A program made the position numbers and the translations under genes. 64,000 nucleotides of DNA from Syntrophales bacterium (GTDB taxonomy: Bacteria; Desulfobacterota; Syntrophia; Syntrophales; PHBD01), in contig OY764159.1 of the NCBI GenBank assembly GCA_963668175.1, positions 2,976,001 through 3,040,000 on the forward strand, read 5' to 3'. Of the stretch, positions 62,606-64,000 are shown piece by piece. Every line of letters starts with the position of its first letter. Positions within the stretch are counted from its first letter, which is position 1. The notes under the pieces were generated by a model. The model saw only the letters and a program-made list of their open reading frames with translations. It did not search any database and had not been told where the DNA came from.

Positions 62606-63466
62606 TCACCACCCCAACAGGCCCTGGGGCCTGATCCAGATCGTAATGAGATAGATCCCGAAGACGATGGCGTACTTGTAAGCGGGATCGAAATAGAAAC
62701 CGCCCAGCGTCTGCGCCAGTCCGACCAGGATACCCGCGATGAAGGCCCCCTCGATGCTTCCGAAACCGCCCAGGGCGACGATGGAAAAGGCGATGGTGCC
62801 GAAGAGCCCCCCGACCTGCGGATAGATATAATAGTAGGTTGAGAGAAACGCCCCGGCGACGCCGACCAAGGCCGCCCCGATGCCGAAGGACAGGGAGTTG
62901 ATGCGCTCCGTGTTGATGCCCATAAGGAGGGCCGACTCCCGGTCCATCTCGGTGGCTAAAATCGCCTTCCCCGTCTTCGTCTTTTTAAGAAAAAGGAAGA
63001 GACAGACCGAGGTGACGATGCTGCCCACCGATGCGACCGTCTTGGGGACACTGAGCTGGATGTCGCCGAATTCCCACGTACCCTGAAGGATCGTCGGGGG
63101 TATGAGGCGGAAATCGGGCGTCCACAGGTAGACCGCCAGGTTGGCAAGAAAGATGCTGATACCGAAGGTGACGACAAGCTGGGCGAGCATCGGCCCTTTC
63201 ATCACCTTGCTCACGATGAAGCGGTAGATCAGGATCCCCATGATGAAAAGGAGCAGGAAGCATATGGGAATGGAAAAAAGGGGGTCCAGGCCGTACAGTG
63301 TGAACAGCCAGAAGGACGTGAACATCCCGATCATCAGGAAATCGCCGTGGGCGAAATTGACGATGTTCATAACGCCCCAGATCATCGTAAGACCGATGGC
63401 GATCAGCGAATACATGAAGCCTATGAGAAGGCCGTTGACAAGCTGCTGGAGTAACTGCTCTGGCAT
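62606..63466 (-). CDS. livH: LIV-type ABC transporter permease
   Basis: GLTMIWGVMNIVNFAHG, LGGFGSIEGA, RPQGLLG. Confidence 0.93.
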   Translation of the reverse strand: MPEQLLQQLVNGLLIGFMYSLIAIGLTMIWGVMNIVNFAHGDFLMIGMFTSFWLFTLYGLDPLFSIPICFLLLFIMGILIYRFIVSKVMKGPMLAQLVVTFGISIFLANLAVYLWTPDFRLIPPTILQGTWEFGDIQLSVPKTVASVGSIVTSVCLFLFLKKTKTGKAILATEMDRESALLMGINTERINSLSFGIGAALVGVAGAFLSTYYYIYPQVGGLFGTIAFSIVALGGFGSIEGAFIAGILVGLAQTLGGFYFDPAYKYAIVFGIYLITIWIRPQGLLGW

Positions 63467-63546
63467 GATTTCGAACCTCGCATGCTCCCGGCCGGGCGGG
63501 AGCTTGGCACAGTTCCCGACCGGCCGGTTCGGACTTGCTTATGCCG

Positions 63547-64000
63547 TTATTTTTTCCACCCCGGAAACGGCCACACAACGTTCTTGGCAGCCGACTCGAA
63601 GGGCCATATCGTTACGTAGTCCATGTTTTGCACCTGGACCAGGCCGCCCTGGGCGAAGATATTCTGGTGCGACTGGGGATCGAACTTGACACCCTTCCAG
63701 GGGTAGATGACCTGGTCGCCGGGGATATTCGTAGCGAGCAGGGCTTTCACGACCGCTTCGCTCTCCGTCGTCTTGGCGCGGTTGATCGCATCGGCGAGGA
63801 CAAACGGCGCGGTGAAGCTCCGGGCCGCGTTCTCGCTCATCTCGATCCCGTATTTCTTCTTGAAGAGAGCGGCCACCTTGCCGACGAGGGGTTTCTTCTT
63901 GGCAAGGTCGAGCGCGAAGGTCGAACGGACGATGATGTTGTTCCCGTCGGCCTTGACCGCCGGCAGGTAACCCGGCTCGATGTAGCCGGCCATGGTCAGG
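63547..64000 (-). CDS. LIV-type ABC substrate-binding protein (3' part; runs off the window end)
   Basis: LADAINRA...VKFDP...QVQ...TIWP typical C-terminus; heads the liv operon. Confidence 0.85.
   Translation of the reverse strand, partial: LTMAGYIEPGYLPAVKADGNNIIVRSTFALDLAKKKPLVGKVAALFKKKYGIEMSENAARSFTAPFVLADAINRAKTTESEAVVKALLATNIPGDQVIYPWKGVKFDPQSHQNIFAQGGLVQVQNMDYVTIWPFESAAKNVVWPFPGWKK

Noticed and set aside
60900..62612. 570-aa ORF suggesting an N-terminally extended or fused LivG
   Set aside because: The extension is an off-frame overlap of livM; the real LivG starts at 61640 with an ATGA overlap.

Overview
GC-rich anaerobic bacterial chromosome segment. Gene content (Desulfovibrio-type adenylate kinase, EF-G2, many PAS hybrid kinases, Tat-exported redox enzymes) suggests a Deltaproteobacterium (Desulfobacterota, Syntrophales-like); this is inference. 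Most of it is housekeeping or metabolic: hslU-hslV-xerC, miaB, fusA paralog, mog, ettA, ligA, adk, lepA, hemW, a TRAP transporter with a CoA-transferase, four hybrid histidine kinases, and a LIV-type ABC operon with a LarA-family enzyme. No tRNA, rRNA, CRISPR array or transposase was seen. The most unusual region is about 5.1-9.5 kb. The 3' end of an iron-sulfur flavoprotein gene occurs three times (5518-5670, 6671-6823, 7665-7754), and each copy is followed by a different cargo block oriented on the opposite strand: (1) two orphan ORFs, (2) an unannotated 43-codon ORF ending C-P-G-TGA with a SECIS-like hairpin, overlapping a candidate structured RNA, and (3) a Shedu (DUF4263) defence nuclease. 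This looks like an integrase-free cassette-accretion hotspot. Other items of note: a Tat-signal QueG/reductive-dehalogenase-like protein, a Cys-rich ECF-sigma operon, two flavin reductases with non-fumarate active sites, and an apparent pseudokinase.
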